This document shows, one piece after another, positions 11,740 through 25,407 of a stretch of DNA of 64,000 nucleotides. A model generated the notes under the pieces. It was not told the origin of the DNA. It did no database searches and was given only the letters and a program-made list of their open reading frames with translations. The translations under genes were made by a program, and so were the position numbers. The DNA is from Octopus sinensis (taxonomy: Eukaryota), in contig NC_043010.1 of NCBI RefSeq assembly GCF_006345805.1, positions 28,148,001 through 28,212,000 on the forward strand, written 5' to 3'. Within the stretch, counting starts at the first letter, position 1; every line of letters begins with the position of its first letter.

Positions 11740-12955
11740 TCATCATCATCATCATCATCATCATCATTGTTTAACGTCTGTTTTCCATGCTAGCATGGGT
11801 TGGACGGTTTTGACTGAGGGCTGGCAACCAGATGGCTGCACCAGGCTGCAGTGTTGATCTGGCAGAGTTTCTACAGCTGGATACCCTTCCTAATGCCAAC
11901 CACTCTGAAAGTGTAGTGGGTGCTTTTTACGTGCCACCTGCACGGGGGCCAGTCAGGCGGTACTGGCAATGACCTCGCTCGAATGGTGCCCTTTTACGTG
12001 CCATGGGTACAGAAGCCAGTTGGCTGCTCTGGCAACGGTCACCACGATCACGCTCGGATGGTGTTCTTGGTACCCTACTAGCACAGGCATAAGTGCCAGT
12101 AAGGCGACACTGGTAACGATCATACTCGAATAGCCTCTCTGTCAACGATCACACTCGCATGGTGCTCTTTGCTAGCACAGATCGAAATGATTTTGATTTT
12201 GATTTTGATTTCACTTGCCACAATAGATCTTCGCAAGCAAAGTTTAGTGACGAAAGAAGGAAAAGCTACGCATAAGCGGGCTGGTTATGCTCCTGGCATA
12301 GGCCACAGGTTATGGTTTCATCTGACTTGCCAGGTCTTCTCGAGCACAGCATATTTCCAAAGGTCTCGGTCTCTAGTCATTTCCTTGGTGAGGCCTAATG
12401 TTCGAAGGTCGTGCTTCACCACTTCATCCTAGGTCTTCTTGGGTCTACCTCTTCCACAGGTTCCCTCAACGGCTAGGGTGTGGCACTTTTTCACACAGCT
12501 ATCCTCATTCATTCTCACCACATGACCATACCAATGCAGTCGTCTCTCTGGCACACCACATCTAATGCTTCTTAGGTCCAACTTTTCTCTCAAGGTACTT
12601 ACACTCTTTTGAGTATGCACACTGACATTACACATCCATCGCATCATACTGGCTTCATTCCTTGCGAACTTACACATATCCTCAGCAGTCACAGCCCATG
12701 TCTCACTGCCATGTAGCATGGCTGTTCATACACATGCATCATACAGTCTACCTTTTACTCTGAGCGAGAGGCCTTTTGTCACCAGCAGAGGTAAGAACTC
12801 TCTGAACTTTGCCCAAGCTATTCTTATTCTAGCAACTAAACTTTCAGTGCACCCTCCTCTGCTACTGGTTTGGTCACCTAGATAAAGGAAGCTATCAACT
12901 ACTTCTAGTTTTTCTTCCTGGAATGTGGCGGAAGTGGGTCTCTGTGCATTTAAAG
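11740..12955 (-). mobile_element. Shorter 5'-truncated copy of the RTE LINE
   Basis: LEVVDSFLYLGD, LHGSETW, RRLHWYGHV, GRGRPKKT plus the same 3' UTR and tail as 30562-31300. Confidence 0.88.
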
Positions 12956-13079
12956 TGTTGTGTGTGTGTGTGTGTGTATGTATATGTATATATATATATG
13001 TGTGTGTGTGTATATATATATATATACACACATACATACATATACATGTATATATATGCATACATGGGGAGCACTTTTC

Positions 13080-13461
13080 TTTAGCACTCCGTCGGCTACG
13101 ACGACGAGGGTTCCGGTTGATCCGAATCAACGGAACAGCCTGCTCGTGAAATTAACGTGTAAGTGGCTGAGCACTCCACAGACACGTGTACCCTTAACGT
13201 AGTTCTCGGGGAGATTCAGCGTGACACAGAGAGTGACAAGGCCGGCCCTTTGAAATACAGGTACAACAGAAACAGGAAGTAAGAGTGAGAGAAAGTTGTG
13301 GTGAAAGAGTACAGCAGGGATCACCACCATCCCCTGCCGGAGCCGCGTGGAGCTTTAGGTGTTTTCGCTCAATAAACACTCACAACGCCCGATCTGGGAA
13401 TCGAAACCGCGATCCTATGACCGCGAGTCCGCTGCCCTAACCACTGGGCCATTGCGCCTCC
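13080..13461 (-). mobile_element. tRNA-derived SINE family A, young full copy
   Basis: Head GGAGGCGCAATGGCCCAGTGG (A box)...GGTTTCGATTCC (B box); CpGs retained. Confidence 0.85.
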
Positions 13462-16314
13462 ACATATGCATACATATACATACATATATAAATATATGTG
13501 TGTAATATATATATATATATATATAATATTTCAATACTTCATTTAGGCATAACAAGATTGATAAGTTGATGTAGAACTCAATAAACACACAGCCCAGAAT
13601 ACAATGTTATATGAGTATAGAGTGGTAATAAAAAACAAAAAGGTGATATCAGAAAATCCAAATGTTATGTAATGAATTTCATTCACTTACAGCTGTTTCT
13701 GCTATAAGATGTGATGGACTGTTACTTGAGTACCAGGATAACAGTTTATAGTTTCGTCAGAGCCTTGAATATGAAGTACACTTCATTTGGCAAAGTTAGA
13801 TTTTCAGAACATACAGATATTACTCATAACGAAAAGTTGTCTCAATAAATTCTGTCCAACCCATGCAAGCATAGAAAAGTGGACAATAAAATGATTTTGA
13901 TGGTAACAAATACTTAAAGGGTGCAGGAAGGTACAAAAGCCAAAACATTATGACTATAACAACACAAGTCGGAATATCATCATTATCATCATCATCATCA
14001 TCATTTAATGTCTGTTGTCCATTCTAGCATGGGTTGACAGTTTGATTGGGGCTGATAAGCTGGAAGGCTGCACCAGACTCCAGTCTGATTTGACATGGTT
14101 TTCTATGGCTGGATGCCCTTCCTAATGCCAACCACTCCAAGAGTGTACTGGGTGCTTTTATATGCCACCAGCACGGATGCCATTTGCATGACAATGGTAT
14201 TTGCCATGATTGTGATTTTGCTCAGCTTGATGGGTCTTCTTCTCAAGAACAATATAATGCCAAAGGTCTCAGTCATTGCCTTCATGAGGCCCAATGCTTG
14301 AAAGGAACTCAGCCACTTTGCCACTTTTATATTTGCGTATAAAAATATTCCTTTCTATTATAGACATAAGGCCTGAATTAAATTTGTTTTTTTTTTTCGT
14401 TTTTGGTTGGAGAGGGACTAGTTGGCTACATCAACCCTAGCCCTAACCCCTTACTCAACTAGTATTTGTTGATGAAAGGCAAAGTCAACCTCAGTGGTAT
14501 TTGAACTCAGGACAAAAAGAGCCAGAAAAATGCTATAAAGCTAACAATTCTATCTGTTTGGCACCTTGTACCTGTGCTAATAATATCTATAACAATATAT
14601 CATTTACCTGTTTGTTCGTTAAATGTATTTTTTTTCCTTGCAAAGATCAACATGGATTGGATGGGGAATTTATGAATGGCAGGATGTTGTTGTCAGGTGC
14701 TCTTTCTGTTGGCAACATGTTTTCCAAGTAAGGAATATTTTCATTCCAAAGGTCTTCTGAAGTGCAGAACACCTGACCATCATGTCAACAAGCAATGTGA
14801 ACACCATCTTTATTTCACTCAAGTACTGACAAACATGGAATGTCTACATTCATGCACATTTCTGTACACACAAACACACACACATGATGGGCTTTCTGCA
14901 GTCCCTATCAACAAAATTCATTCAAAATGCATTCACGCACACACACACACAATCTTCAGACAATCAGAGTCTTTTCATTAAAGGCATATCAATTCTGGAG
15001 ATTTCTTGAGCCTTGAGATTATCTCCCCTTCTCATTTAGACTTGGACCCAATTACTAGCCGGTGATTGATTTATCCTCTCTTCAAGTGGAGATAATTCCA
15101 AAGAATCAAGATTTATCTTGTTTGCTATTCCCTTTAACTCTTATTCCTTTCCATTGTACAAATAAATGCCACTGGCCACTCTTGAATTGCATTTCTTAAT
15201 TGAATTTTTGTTTCATTTATGCAAATTACTCAGGCCGTAAATGCAAACTACACATTTCTGTGTATATCTTAACTACACAGCAGGCATGGCTGTGTGGTTA
15301 AGAAGTTCTGTTTTCAACCACACAGCCTTAGGTTCAATCCCACTGGATGGTACTAAAGGCAAGTGTCTTTCTATTATAGCTTGAGGCCAGCCAGAGCCTT
15401 GTGGGTGGATACGGCAGATGGAAACTAGGTGTATCGTATTATCATCGTCTTTATCATTTTAACATCAACTTTTCCATGCTTGCACAGGCCAGCTGGAGCC
15501 TTATTGAGGTAGATTTTCAACAGGTGGATGCCTTTCCTGTTGCAAACCATCACCCATTTCCAAGCAAGGTAATATTTTCTCCATGGCCAGACAAGTTCTC
15601 GAAGAATACCAGGAATGAATAAAGCTGCTTGTATGACAGTGTTATGACGTGGGTGTACACATCAGGTGTAAGAATAGCATTACCCAAATAAATATTTGGA
15701 TCTGATTATCTAGACTAACCTTTCGCAGAATCAATATGTTCACACTGAAAGCACTCTGTACTACACCAAACATAGTTATGATATTAAACTAACTCAGTAA
15801 CCAATATGGATGATCAACACTGCCAAACTGTACCACTGTCAACTACTTCATAGTTCACACAGTTTGTTATTTTAATGAAATGCATTAGTCCACTTTCAGT
15901 CACGTTGAAGTGGTCAGGATCCTTCCACAACAGACAGTGACAACCATTTTACAACTAATTTGTGACACACACACACAAATTTACATACGATGCACTTCTT
16001 TCGGTTTCTGTTCACCAAATCCAATCACACAGCTTTGATTGGCCCAGAATAGAGAAGGTACTTTCCCAAAGTGTCACATAGGGGGACCGAACCTGGATGG
16101 CTGGGAAGAAAAATTCTTACTACACAGCCAAACCTGCACCTATAAACATCATTTATATTCGTTTTTCTATGTTGGCATAGTTTAAATGCATCACACTATT
16201 TGTAATTATTATTTGGTTTGGGACAGCAACAGGGTAAAGCCGACTCCACAGCTAACAACATAAACACAAAAGATGAAGAATTACCAAGAATTTATAAAGA
16301 ATTGTGAAGAGTTA

Positions 16315-16705
16315 CTCTTTTATTCTTTTACTTGTTTCAGTCATTTGACTGTGGCCATGCAGGAGCACCACCTTTAGTCCAGCGAATCGACCCCAGGACT
16401 TATTCTTTGTAAGCCTAGTACTTATTCTATCATTCTCTTTAGCTGAACTGCTAAGTTATGGGGGTGTAAACACACCAACATCGGTTGTCAAGCGACATTG
16501 GGCCACTCAACGAACACAAACACACAAGCACACATACATATATACAACAGGCTTCTTTCCGTTTCCGTCTACCAAATCCACTCACAAGGCTTTGGTCGGC
16601 CTGAGGCTATAGTAGAAGTCACTTGCTCAAGGTGCCGTGCAGTGGGACTGAACCCAGAACCATGTGGTTGGTAAGCAAGCTACTTACCACACAGCCACTT
16701 GTGCA
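16315..16705 (-). mobile_element. SINE family B
   Basis: Aligns with the family. Confidence 0.8.
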
Positions 16706-16872
16706 CATTTAATGTAAAGTACCTGAGGTATTTTGAAAGTTTGTGAAGAATGTGAATATTTTGTGAAAAGTTTGTGGAGAGTTTGCGTTGAATTTGTGAA
16801 GGATATGGAAAAATAGAATGAGGTTGGACTGAGGTGATTGCTTGAATATTTGAAAGAGAACTGATTGCTTAC

Positions 16873-17792
16873 CAGTGGCGATTTCTCTCCTGAGTGCTAA
16901 TTCTCGCAGATTGCTACATTGTGCTATGTGAAACCTGCGTCGCAGTTCAAGGTTTAGGTAAGCTTCCTGAGAAAGAAAGTTTCTGATGGAGAGTACGAGA
17001 TCAGGGAGTTGCAACAACTCAGCAGCTACAATGACTTGATCGAAAATATCAAACTGTTCTTTGGCCACACCAGTGTATAAATACTCGAGAATATAGTGGA
17101 AAGCTTGTGGTGTGATATCAGGGTTTAACTGTACAGTGCATTGATTAGATTGGAAAGGGTGCTTGGGTGGTTTTATCTCAACAGAGTGAAATGCTGGGTG
17201 GGAGGGTACAAAAGTTTTTGTCTCAAATTCTTTTTGTTCATTAGCGACGACATTCAGGTGGTCTGACAGTGGACTTTCAGGTAAGACTCCATCACTGTCT
17301 ATGAGTCTGTCTTTGTCGCTGTCATCTGAGACTTTATCTTCAGAGACAACCTCCTGAGTTGGTTGCTCCAAAGTGGGGCTTTTCAAGTCTGTTAAGAAAA
17401 GAGCCTTGAATACTGAGCTGGTAACCATTAAACAAATTTTGTGGGCGTATATACATTGTCTTTTGGCTACAAAAACCACATCTCCTTCAATCTCGTCCCT
17501 CAATAAATAACAGAGGTCGTTGTATATTGCTATTGATGGCAGTGTCACCTTTGGGTAAGTGGGCTGCGGAAGTTCCATAGGAGGCTGGATCATTGGTGGT
17601 TTCAACTTTCGAAGCTGGCTGTCCCAAAATTTCATCTTGCGCCGGTCAGTGAGGGCCGCTCGAACTGTGTTTAAAAATACATCTTCAATTCCAAATTCCG
17701 TAAGAATGCTCACTTCGTAGTAAGCAACTCCAATTTCGGCTGCAATATCGCGACCTTCTTGAGGGGATATTATATCTTTCTCTTCAATTGGC
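16873..17792 (-). CDS. RhoBTB: RhoBTB coding exon 4 (end of GTPase, proline-rich linker, split first BTB domain)
   Basis: aatcag|G-PIEEKDIISPQEGRDIAAEIGVAYYEVSILTEFGIEDVF...KFWDSQLRKLKPP...YAHKICL...FHYILEYLYTG...RREIAT(G)|GTAAGC; 920 nt, phase 2 to 1. Confidence 0.95.
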
Positions 17793-18296
17793 CTGATTAA
17801 AATAAATAATTGAATTAATTAAAACAACAACAACAACAACAATAATTGTTTCTAATTTAAGAACAAGGCCAGTAGTTTTGAGGGAAGGGGTTAGTCAGTT
17901 ACCTGGCACTTTATTTTATCAACCCCTAGGGATGAGAGGCAAAGTTGACTTTGGCAGGATTTCAACTCAAAACATTAAAAGCCATAATTAAATAATGTGA
18001 AGAATTTTGGTCTGATGCCTTAACGATTCTGCTGTTGGCATCAGAGGTAATTACTGGGATTACTTGTTTTTGCTACAAGGGCAACAATAAAAGAACTTTA
18101 TTTTGTTGACTCTGGAAGGTTGACGGGCAAATTGGAAGTCAACCAGATTAAACTTAGAAGATGAAAGAATGCAGCTAAATAACATAAAACATCTTGACTG
18201 ATGTGCTGCTTACTGCATCAACCCACCTTATTATTATTATTATTGTTATTATTGTTATTATTGTTATTATTATTATTATTGTTATTATTGTTATTA

Positions 18297-18349
<53 letters not shown>

Positions 18350-18361
18350 AACAACAACAGT

Positions 18362-18510
18362 ATGCCCTGATGCAGTACCAGGCAGTGGCTCTCACAGCTT
18401 CTGATCTTAACTGATTGAAGTGTTATCACGTACATTGTTTTGTCTTGGTATAAAAGATGGACTACAGCAAATATTCTGCTTAATACCACAGATTTGTTTG
18501 TCAGTTGTTT
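18362..18510 (+). mobile_element. Family F element, 5' part after a (TTA)n tract
   Basis: Aligns with about 7318-7470. Confidence 0.8.
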
Positions 18511-18799
18511 TATGCGATTCCAAATAATATTTTTAATATAATATTAAATATGTTAGATATTAAATATATAGAAATATAACATGATTTTTTAAAATAGGTA
18601 ATGGCTATGAGGGTCCATCCAAGAAAAAGAGGAACCAAAGGGGTCCATTGATAAAAGAATGGTTGAGAAAAGATTAACCATCAACAACGCCACCACCACC
18701 ACCACCACCGCCACCACTGCAGCTGCCACCAGAGTCACCGCTGCCACCACCACCACCAACAAGAACAAGAAGAACTGAGAGAAAAAAAAATATATATAC

Positions 18800-18991
18800 C
18801 TATAAAGCAAACCTTTTTCCAAGTTCCGATAAACCTCAGTATTGTAGAGATATCGCATATCAGCTTGAGTACCAACGAGTACAATAGGAGTTGTGGGACA
18901 ATATTTGCGGATTTCTGGCAGCCATACTTTCTTGACATTGATTAGTGACAGTGGTTTCACGACACTGAAGCACAAAATAACTACATCAGCT
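18800..18991 (-). CDS. RhoBTB: RhoBTB coding exon 3
   Basis: ttacag|A-ADVVILCFSVVKPLSLINVKKVWLPEIRKYCPTTPIVLVGTQADMRY...KGLLY(AG)|GTATAT; 192 nt, phase 2 to 2. Confidence 0.93.
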
Positions 18992-19503
18992 CTGTAAAAG
19001 AAACGAAATATATAAAATTATATGTGTCAGTTATCATAAGAGAACCTCTCATATGGAGTTGTGGTGCATATAGGCATGCATGTTTATATTGCTAGCGGGA
19101 GATAATAGTGTGCAGCTGCTGTCAGAATTACCAGCTTATGTGGTTTCAGCCTTCCTTGGCCTTGTCAATGGTAGATGTCTACAGCTAGAGACAGCAGCGA
19201 TTACTCCATCAGTAATATATATATATATATCATTATCATCATCATCATTTAATGTCCACTATTTGATGGTTTGATTGGAATTGATAAGCTGGAGAGCTGC
19301 ACCAGGTTCCAGTCTGATTTGGCATTGTTTCTACAGCTGGATGCCTTTTCAAACGCCAACAACTCTAAGAGTGTAATGGGTGTCTTTTATGTGCCACCAG
19401 TACAAGTGCCATTTATATGACACTGGCAACAACTATGACTACAATTGATGGGTGCCGTTCACATAGCACCAACAACCACCACCACAACTAAGATGCACAG
19501 GTC

Positions 19504-19542
<39 letters not shown>

Positions 19543-19821
19543 TATATATATATATACATAATAATAATAATAATAATAGTAATAATAATAATAATAATAA
19601 TAATTGTGTACAGTGCTCAGGTGCACTACAACTCATCTAAAGTGTATATATAATCAGGTGTAGTTTCGGCGGATTTCGGCATGAGGGCCTTAAAGGATGC
19701 AGTGTCATGGCAGTCAACAACTGACGCAGGCAGTTTATTCCATGCTTCAGCAACTCTGAGCGTGAAAAAATGTTTCCAAAAGTCATGGGAGCTGTGTTGT
19801 TTTCTGACTTTGTAGGCATAT

Positions 19822-20122
19822 GGAGGCGCAATGGCCCAGTGGTTAGGGCAGCGGACTCGCAGTTGTAGGATCGTTGTTTCGATACCCAGACCAGGCATTG
19901 TGAGTGTTTATTGAGCGAAAACACCTAAAAGCTCCATGAGGTTCTGGCAGGGGGTGTGGCGATCCCTGCTGTACTCTTTGGCCACAACTTTCTCTCGCTC
20001 TTTCTTCTGTTGGCCTGCTGGCTTAGCCAGGGGGGTGGGGTCATTTGAAGGCTAAAACAATGCAAAGTGCATTGTGACCAGCGATGTGTAGCAACACCTG
20101 ACAGCCTGGTCAGTCACAGTGA
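19822..20122 (+). mobile_element. SINE family A head and body with a different tail
   Basis: Same head and body as 13080-13461; diverges after about 20005. Confidence 0.75.
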
Positions 20123-20144
20123 TATATATATATATATATATATA

Positions 20145-21055
20145 CTAGCTTAAGGTGACCCGCTCTATGCGCGGGTAAGAATGTGGTTGTTACTTTCTGT
20201 TGCTTCCATTTTGTTTTTTATCACCACATTCACCCTCTTTGTTTCTCTCTCCTTTTTCTCTCACTTTCCCACTCTCTTACTCTTCCTTTCTCTCAGACTC
20301 TCCTTCACTATCTCGTACTCTCTATCTTTCTCTATCTATCTGTCTCCCATTTATAAACAACAAAAGATCTTGAGTAAGTTGAGAAATAAAATATTTTGAA
20401 AGATCAATCATAAATATCAGGCAGTGACAACGGAAAGGTCTGCTTCAAGGCAGACAGCAAAACACTAACATTTAAAAGGGACAGACAAACTTGCGAGCTG
20501 AATAAAAATAAAAAAATATTGGAAACCAAAGTTTGAAGGGATAGAATCTGAGGATAGTAGAGTCACCATGGCTGGCATTTCTTAACAACAGACAGCAACG
20601 TAGAGGCAGTTTAACGGCTGGCATAAAATTTTGAACTTGATGTAAAAGAAAATTCCTAAACACCAAGTTTTGAAGTGATTCTTTCTCACGACAGTAGACT
20701 CACCATGGCAAGCATTCAAAACTTCATCATGGACGGCAACACATTGATGATTTAAAGGCTTCCGCAAATTTTTTAGCTTGATGTAACAGAGAATTCCTAA
20801 ACACCCGCTCCTGTAAATTTTAATCCCCTTCCAGCCCCATTTAGACCCCTTTTCACATTTTGGTTAATATAACCCGATTTCATTCGGGTCTACTCGGGCC
20901 ACATTTTATAAGATGAGGAATTTTGTCCTAGAGGTCACGCCTTTCATTTGAGGAAAAAAATTGTTGCCATGCAAACTTGCCAGCACTTTTAACATAGGTG
21001 TGCATATTTTCAGCTCAACTGACCACATAATGCACACATTATATATATATATATA
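20145..21055 (-). mobile_element. Non-autonomous Helitron-like element in (TA)n
   Basis: 3' hairpin ACCCGCGCATAGAGCGGGT followed by CTAG (20145-20148); internal duplicated block of about 140 bp (20556-20810); (TA)n on both flanks. Confidence 0.65.
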
Positions 21056-21116
21056 AGTACATATATACGCATTATATATATGTGTGTGTGTACGCATTAT
21101 ATATACGAATGTATAC

Positions 21117-21180
<64 letters not shown>

Positions 21181-21660
21181 AATACAGATATATACACTTT
21201 TTATATATACATTATATATACATATCTATATATAGAACACACACACACACATAAATTAACCCAATAAATATCTGATTCTTAATATTTGTTCTCATGATTG
21301 TGTGGTGGTGGTGGCGATGATAATTCTCTGCATGAATGCAGACAGACATAGAGAGAGGGGGGAGATGTGGGAGAAATAGTGACAGCACTGTGAAGGTAGT
21401 AGACACTGTCAAACGACGTTATAGAGAGAAAGTGAAAGGAAGGGAGTTTGGGATCAATCTGTGTCAAGCGGGTTCTCTGTGTGTTTTAGCGTCGTTACTA
21501 TGGCAACAGTCTGGATACTTACTGATCAGACCATGCATATAAAGATAGATATGGCCGGTCTATGGGATTCCCCTGGATTTCATGCCGATAAAGCACTTAG
21601 CTTCACAGTGTTTTTTTAAGCCCTAGCCCTATGGCCACATCTATCTTTATCCCTCTCTCT

Positions 21661-21741
<81 letters not shown>

Positions 21742-21991
21742 GCATGTATATACATGAATATATACATACGTATATATATATCACCATTTAACATTTGTTG
21801 TCCATGTTAGCTTGGGTTGGATGGTGTGACTAGAGCTGGCAAGCCAAGGGTCAGCACTACATTCTAGTCTAATGGATTCTAAGCAGGATACTCTTCCTAA
21901 TGCCAACCACTTTACAGAGTGTGCTGTGTGCTTTAACATGGCACTGCATATGTGTATGTGTGTGTAATATATATATCCACATATATGTATG

Positions 21992-22040
<49 letters not shown>

Positions 22041-22138
22041 ACATACACATACATATATAACCCACATACATATATATATATATACATATAGGAGCAAAGA
22101 ACAGGTGTGTGTGTGTGTGTGCATATATATATATATGT

Positions 22139-22460
22139 GAGGGCGCGTGGCTTAGTGGTTAGGGCATTCGGCTCATGATCGTAAGGTTGTGAGTTCGATT
22201 CCCGGCGACACGTTGTGTCCTTGAGCAAGACACTTTATTTCACGTTGCTCCAGTCCACTCAGCTGGCAAAAATGAGTTGTACTTGTATTTCAAAGGGTCA
22301 GCCTTGTCACTCTCTGTGTCACGCTGATTATCCCCGAGAACTACGTTAAGGGTACACGTGTCTGTGGAATGCTCAGCCATTTGCACGTTAATTTCACGAG
22401 CAAGCTGTTCCGTTGATCGTATCAGCTGGGACCCTCGTCGTCGTAACCGGCGGAGTCTTT
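22139..22460 (+). mobile_element. tRNA SINE with TTGTGTCCTTGAGCAAGACAC core and the family A tail
   Basis: A/B boxes; tail identical in motif to the family A tail. Confidence 0.8.
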
Positions 22461-22465
22461 TAGTC

Positions 22466-22513
<48 letters not shown>

Positions 22514-22652
22514 CCACACACACACACGCATGTATATATAAGAAACAACTTTTCTTCTACACATGTTCCATTTCATACACAGCTGTATTCAAGTTTTTAT
22601 ATCTTTTTAAAAATCTTTGTATTTTCATATCAGTTTACTTATATTACATACA

Positions 22653-22692
<40 letters not shown>

Positions 22693-22984
22693 AACAGGGA
22701 CACATTCAGGTCAAGGTCAACGCTGCTTTTATCAACCGCATTCACTTAGAAGGCATTGATTAGCAAGAGGTGACAAGTAGAAGACACTTGCCTAAGGTGC
22801 TGTTGTGCTGTAGAGTTGGACTTGGAACGAGGTCACAAAACACACACACTCACGCACGCACACACACGTGCACACACGCACATGCACGCACACACACACA
22901 TATGCACACAAACACACAAGCACACACATACATACATGTGCACGCACACACAAACATGCTAGTTCACACACACAAAACCTAAAT

Positions 22985-23370
22985 TATATTTATTTATATA
23001 TCTTTTATCTGTTACTGGTTCCAGTCATTAGACTACAGCCATGCTGGAGCACCACCTTGGAAAAAGTTAAATCAAATGGATTGACCTCAAGGCTTGTTCT
23101 TTTTTTTTAAGCCCAGTATTTACTCTATTGGTTGCTTTTACTGAACCGCTAAGTTATGGGAACATAAACATACCAACATCAGTTGTCAAGCAGTGGGTGG
23201 GGTGAGGACACACACACACATGCACAACATGCTTCATTCAGCTTCAGTCTACCAAATCAGCCTGAGGTTATAGAAGAAGTCACTTGTCCAAGGTGCCATG
23301 TGGTGGGATTGAACCTGGAACCATGTAGTTGGAAAGCAAATTTCTTACTACACAGCCATTTCTACACCCA
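22985..23370 (-). mobile_element. SINE family B, diverged
   Basis: Aligns with the family. Confidence 0.7.
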
Positions 23371-24660
23371 TAAGTTATTTATAAAGTATAAAAACTTATA
23401 TAAATTATACATCAATATATAATAGGCATGGGTGTGGCGGTGTGGTAAGAAGCTAGTTTCCCAACCACAGGGTTCTGGGTTCAGTCCCACTGCAATGGCA
23501 ACTCAAAAAAGTGTCTTCTACTATAGCCTCAGGCCAACCGAAGCCTTGTGAGTGGATTTGGTAGACGGAAACTGAAGGAAGCCCATCATCGACATCATCA
23601 TCATCATTTAGTGTTTGCTTTCCATGCTGGCATGGGTTAGGTGGTTTGACTGCAACTGGTAAGCCGGATAACTGCACCAGGTTCCCAATCTGATTTGACA
23701 TTGTTTCTACAGCTGGATGCCATTCCTAACACTAACCACTCCAAGAGTGTAACAGGTGCCTTTTACGTGCCACTGGCACGGATACCATTTACATGACACT
23801 GGAAATGGCCACCACTACAGTTTCACTTGGCTTGACAAGTCTCCTTAAGTACAGCATATCATCAAGGTCTCGCTCATTTGTCACGCCTTTGCGATTTATG
23901 TGTGTGTGTTTTTGCATCTGTTTGTCCCCCCTCCCTTCATTACTTGACAACTGATGTTGGTGTGTTTACATCCCCATAACTTAGTGAATCAGCAGAAGAG
24001 ACCCGATAGAACAAATGCCAGGCTTAAATGAAATGAGCCCTGGGGTCGATTTCTTTGACTAAAACCCTTTCAGGTGAAATTACTTTAACTTGTTACAGTG
24101 AAATTACTGTAACAAGTAAAAGAAAAGAATAAAAGAATATATAATATGCTCTGTGTATTTGTGTATATCATCATCATCGTTTAACGTCCGTTTCCATGCT
24201 GGCATGTGGTGGACTGTTTGACTGAGGTCTGGACAGCCAGTGGCTGCACCAGGCTCCAATCTGATATGGCAATGTTTCTACAGCTGGGCGTTCTTCCTAA
24301 CACCAGCCACTCCGAGAGTGTAGTGGGTGCTTTTTACATGCCACCGACACAGGAGCCAGTCAGGTGGGCCTGGCATCAATCACGTTCGGACAGTGCTTTT
24401 TTACGTGCCGTTGGACAGGAGCCAGTCAGGGGGTGCTGGCATCAGCCATGTTTGAAGGTGCTATATATATTTTATAACACACAACCATTGCAACTGTTGA
24501 AGTTTTACTCCTGTTTATATGCTTTACTTCTTAAATTATTGAATACAGACTCTACTTATTGGCTGTAGCCATTCTGTTCGGCTTTTTTTTTATTTCCTAA
24601 AGTTCCTTCTACTGTCTTCTCTGACCCACAATACTCAACAAATGATTTTATGAAGTAAAA

Positions 24661-24933
24661 ATTGTTTGCCAACATAACATGGCAGTTCTGGTTTAGGACA
24701 AATGTTGCTGCAATTTAGCCCCAGGAGACATCATCTCCAGCTAGCTATACGACACGATCTGTGTCCTCATATTTTCAAACAAGGGAATGTAGCACCCCAA
24801 CTCAGCTCAAAACAATATCTGTGTATCATGATTTCTGGGTTATTTCTCTTCATCAGCACAGAATGTCTCCTGGGGCTAAATTACAGCAACATTAGTCCTA
24901 AACCAGGACTGCCATGTTATGTTGGCAAACAAT
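24661..24933. mobile_element. Foldback element with 71-bp inverted arms
   Basis: 24661-24731 versus 24863-24933 reverse complement, 3 mismatches. Confidence 0.88.
24818..24862 (-). ncRNA. Type-I hammerhead-like motif inside a foldback
   Basis: TCTGTG-CTGATGA-agagaaataaccca-GAAA-TCATGA-T-A-CACAGA; perfect 6-bp stem I, palindromic ATCATGAT stem III, weak stem II. Confidence 0.6.
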
Positions 24934-25303
24934 CTTTACTACAAAGTACTGTTGCTGAATATCTCACATTGTGAGATTTAAAAATAGTAATTTTCTCATG
25001 TTCATAAATTCTGGTGATCAAATTAATTTTTTTCTTGTTTCTTCACTTGTAAATCTAAACCATATTCATTATATGCAAAGTGTTATCAACATACTTCTAA
25101 TATACAATGGACTGTAGTTTTTTTATAAAGTGGAAAATTCAGACAGTTTTTTGAGTTTCAGAGTGGAGAGCATGGCACTGCAGAAGTAAGGAAACTCCAA
25201 GAGAAAAAAATTTAATACAAATACAACACTGAGCTTTCAAATATTTTCCTTAATTGCATGTGTGCATGTGTGAGTGTGTATGAACACATCAAATTTCATT
25301 TAC

Positions 25304-25407
25304 CTTCCGTAAGCAAATCGTCTATCTTTGTCATGGTAACCAAATGTATCCCAGAGTCGCAGAGAAACACAGGCGCCATCAACATCAATCCAAGAACGTT
25401 CCAGAAT
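25304..25407 (-). CDS. RhoBTB: RhoBTB coding exon 2 (switch II)
   Basis: Not in the ORF track. ctgcag|[34 protein letters not shown](AG)|GTAAAT; 104 nt, phase 0 to 2; [16 protein letters not shown] is typical of RhoBTB. Confidence 0.93.
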
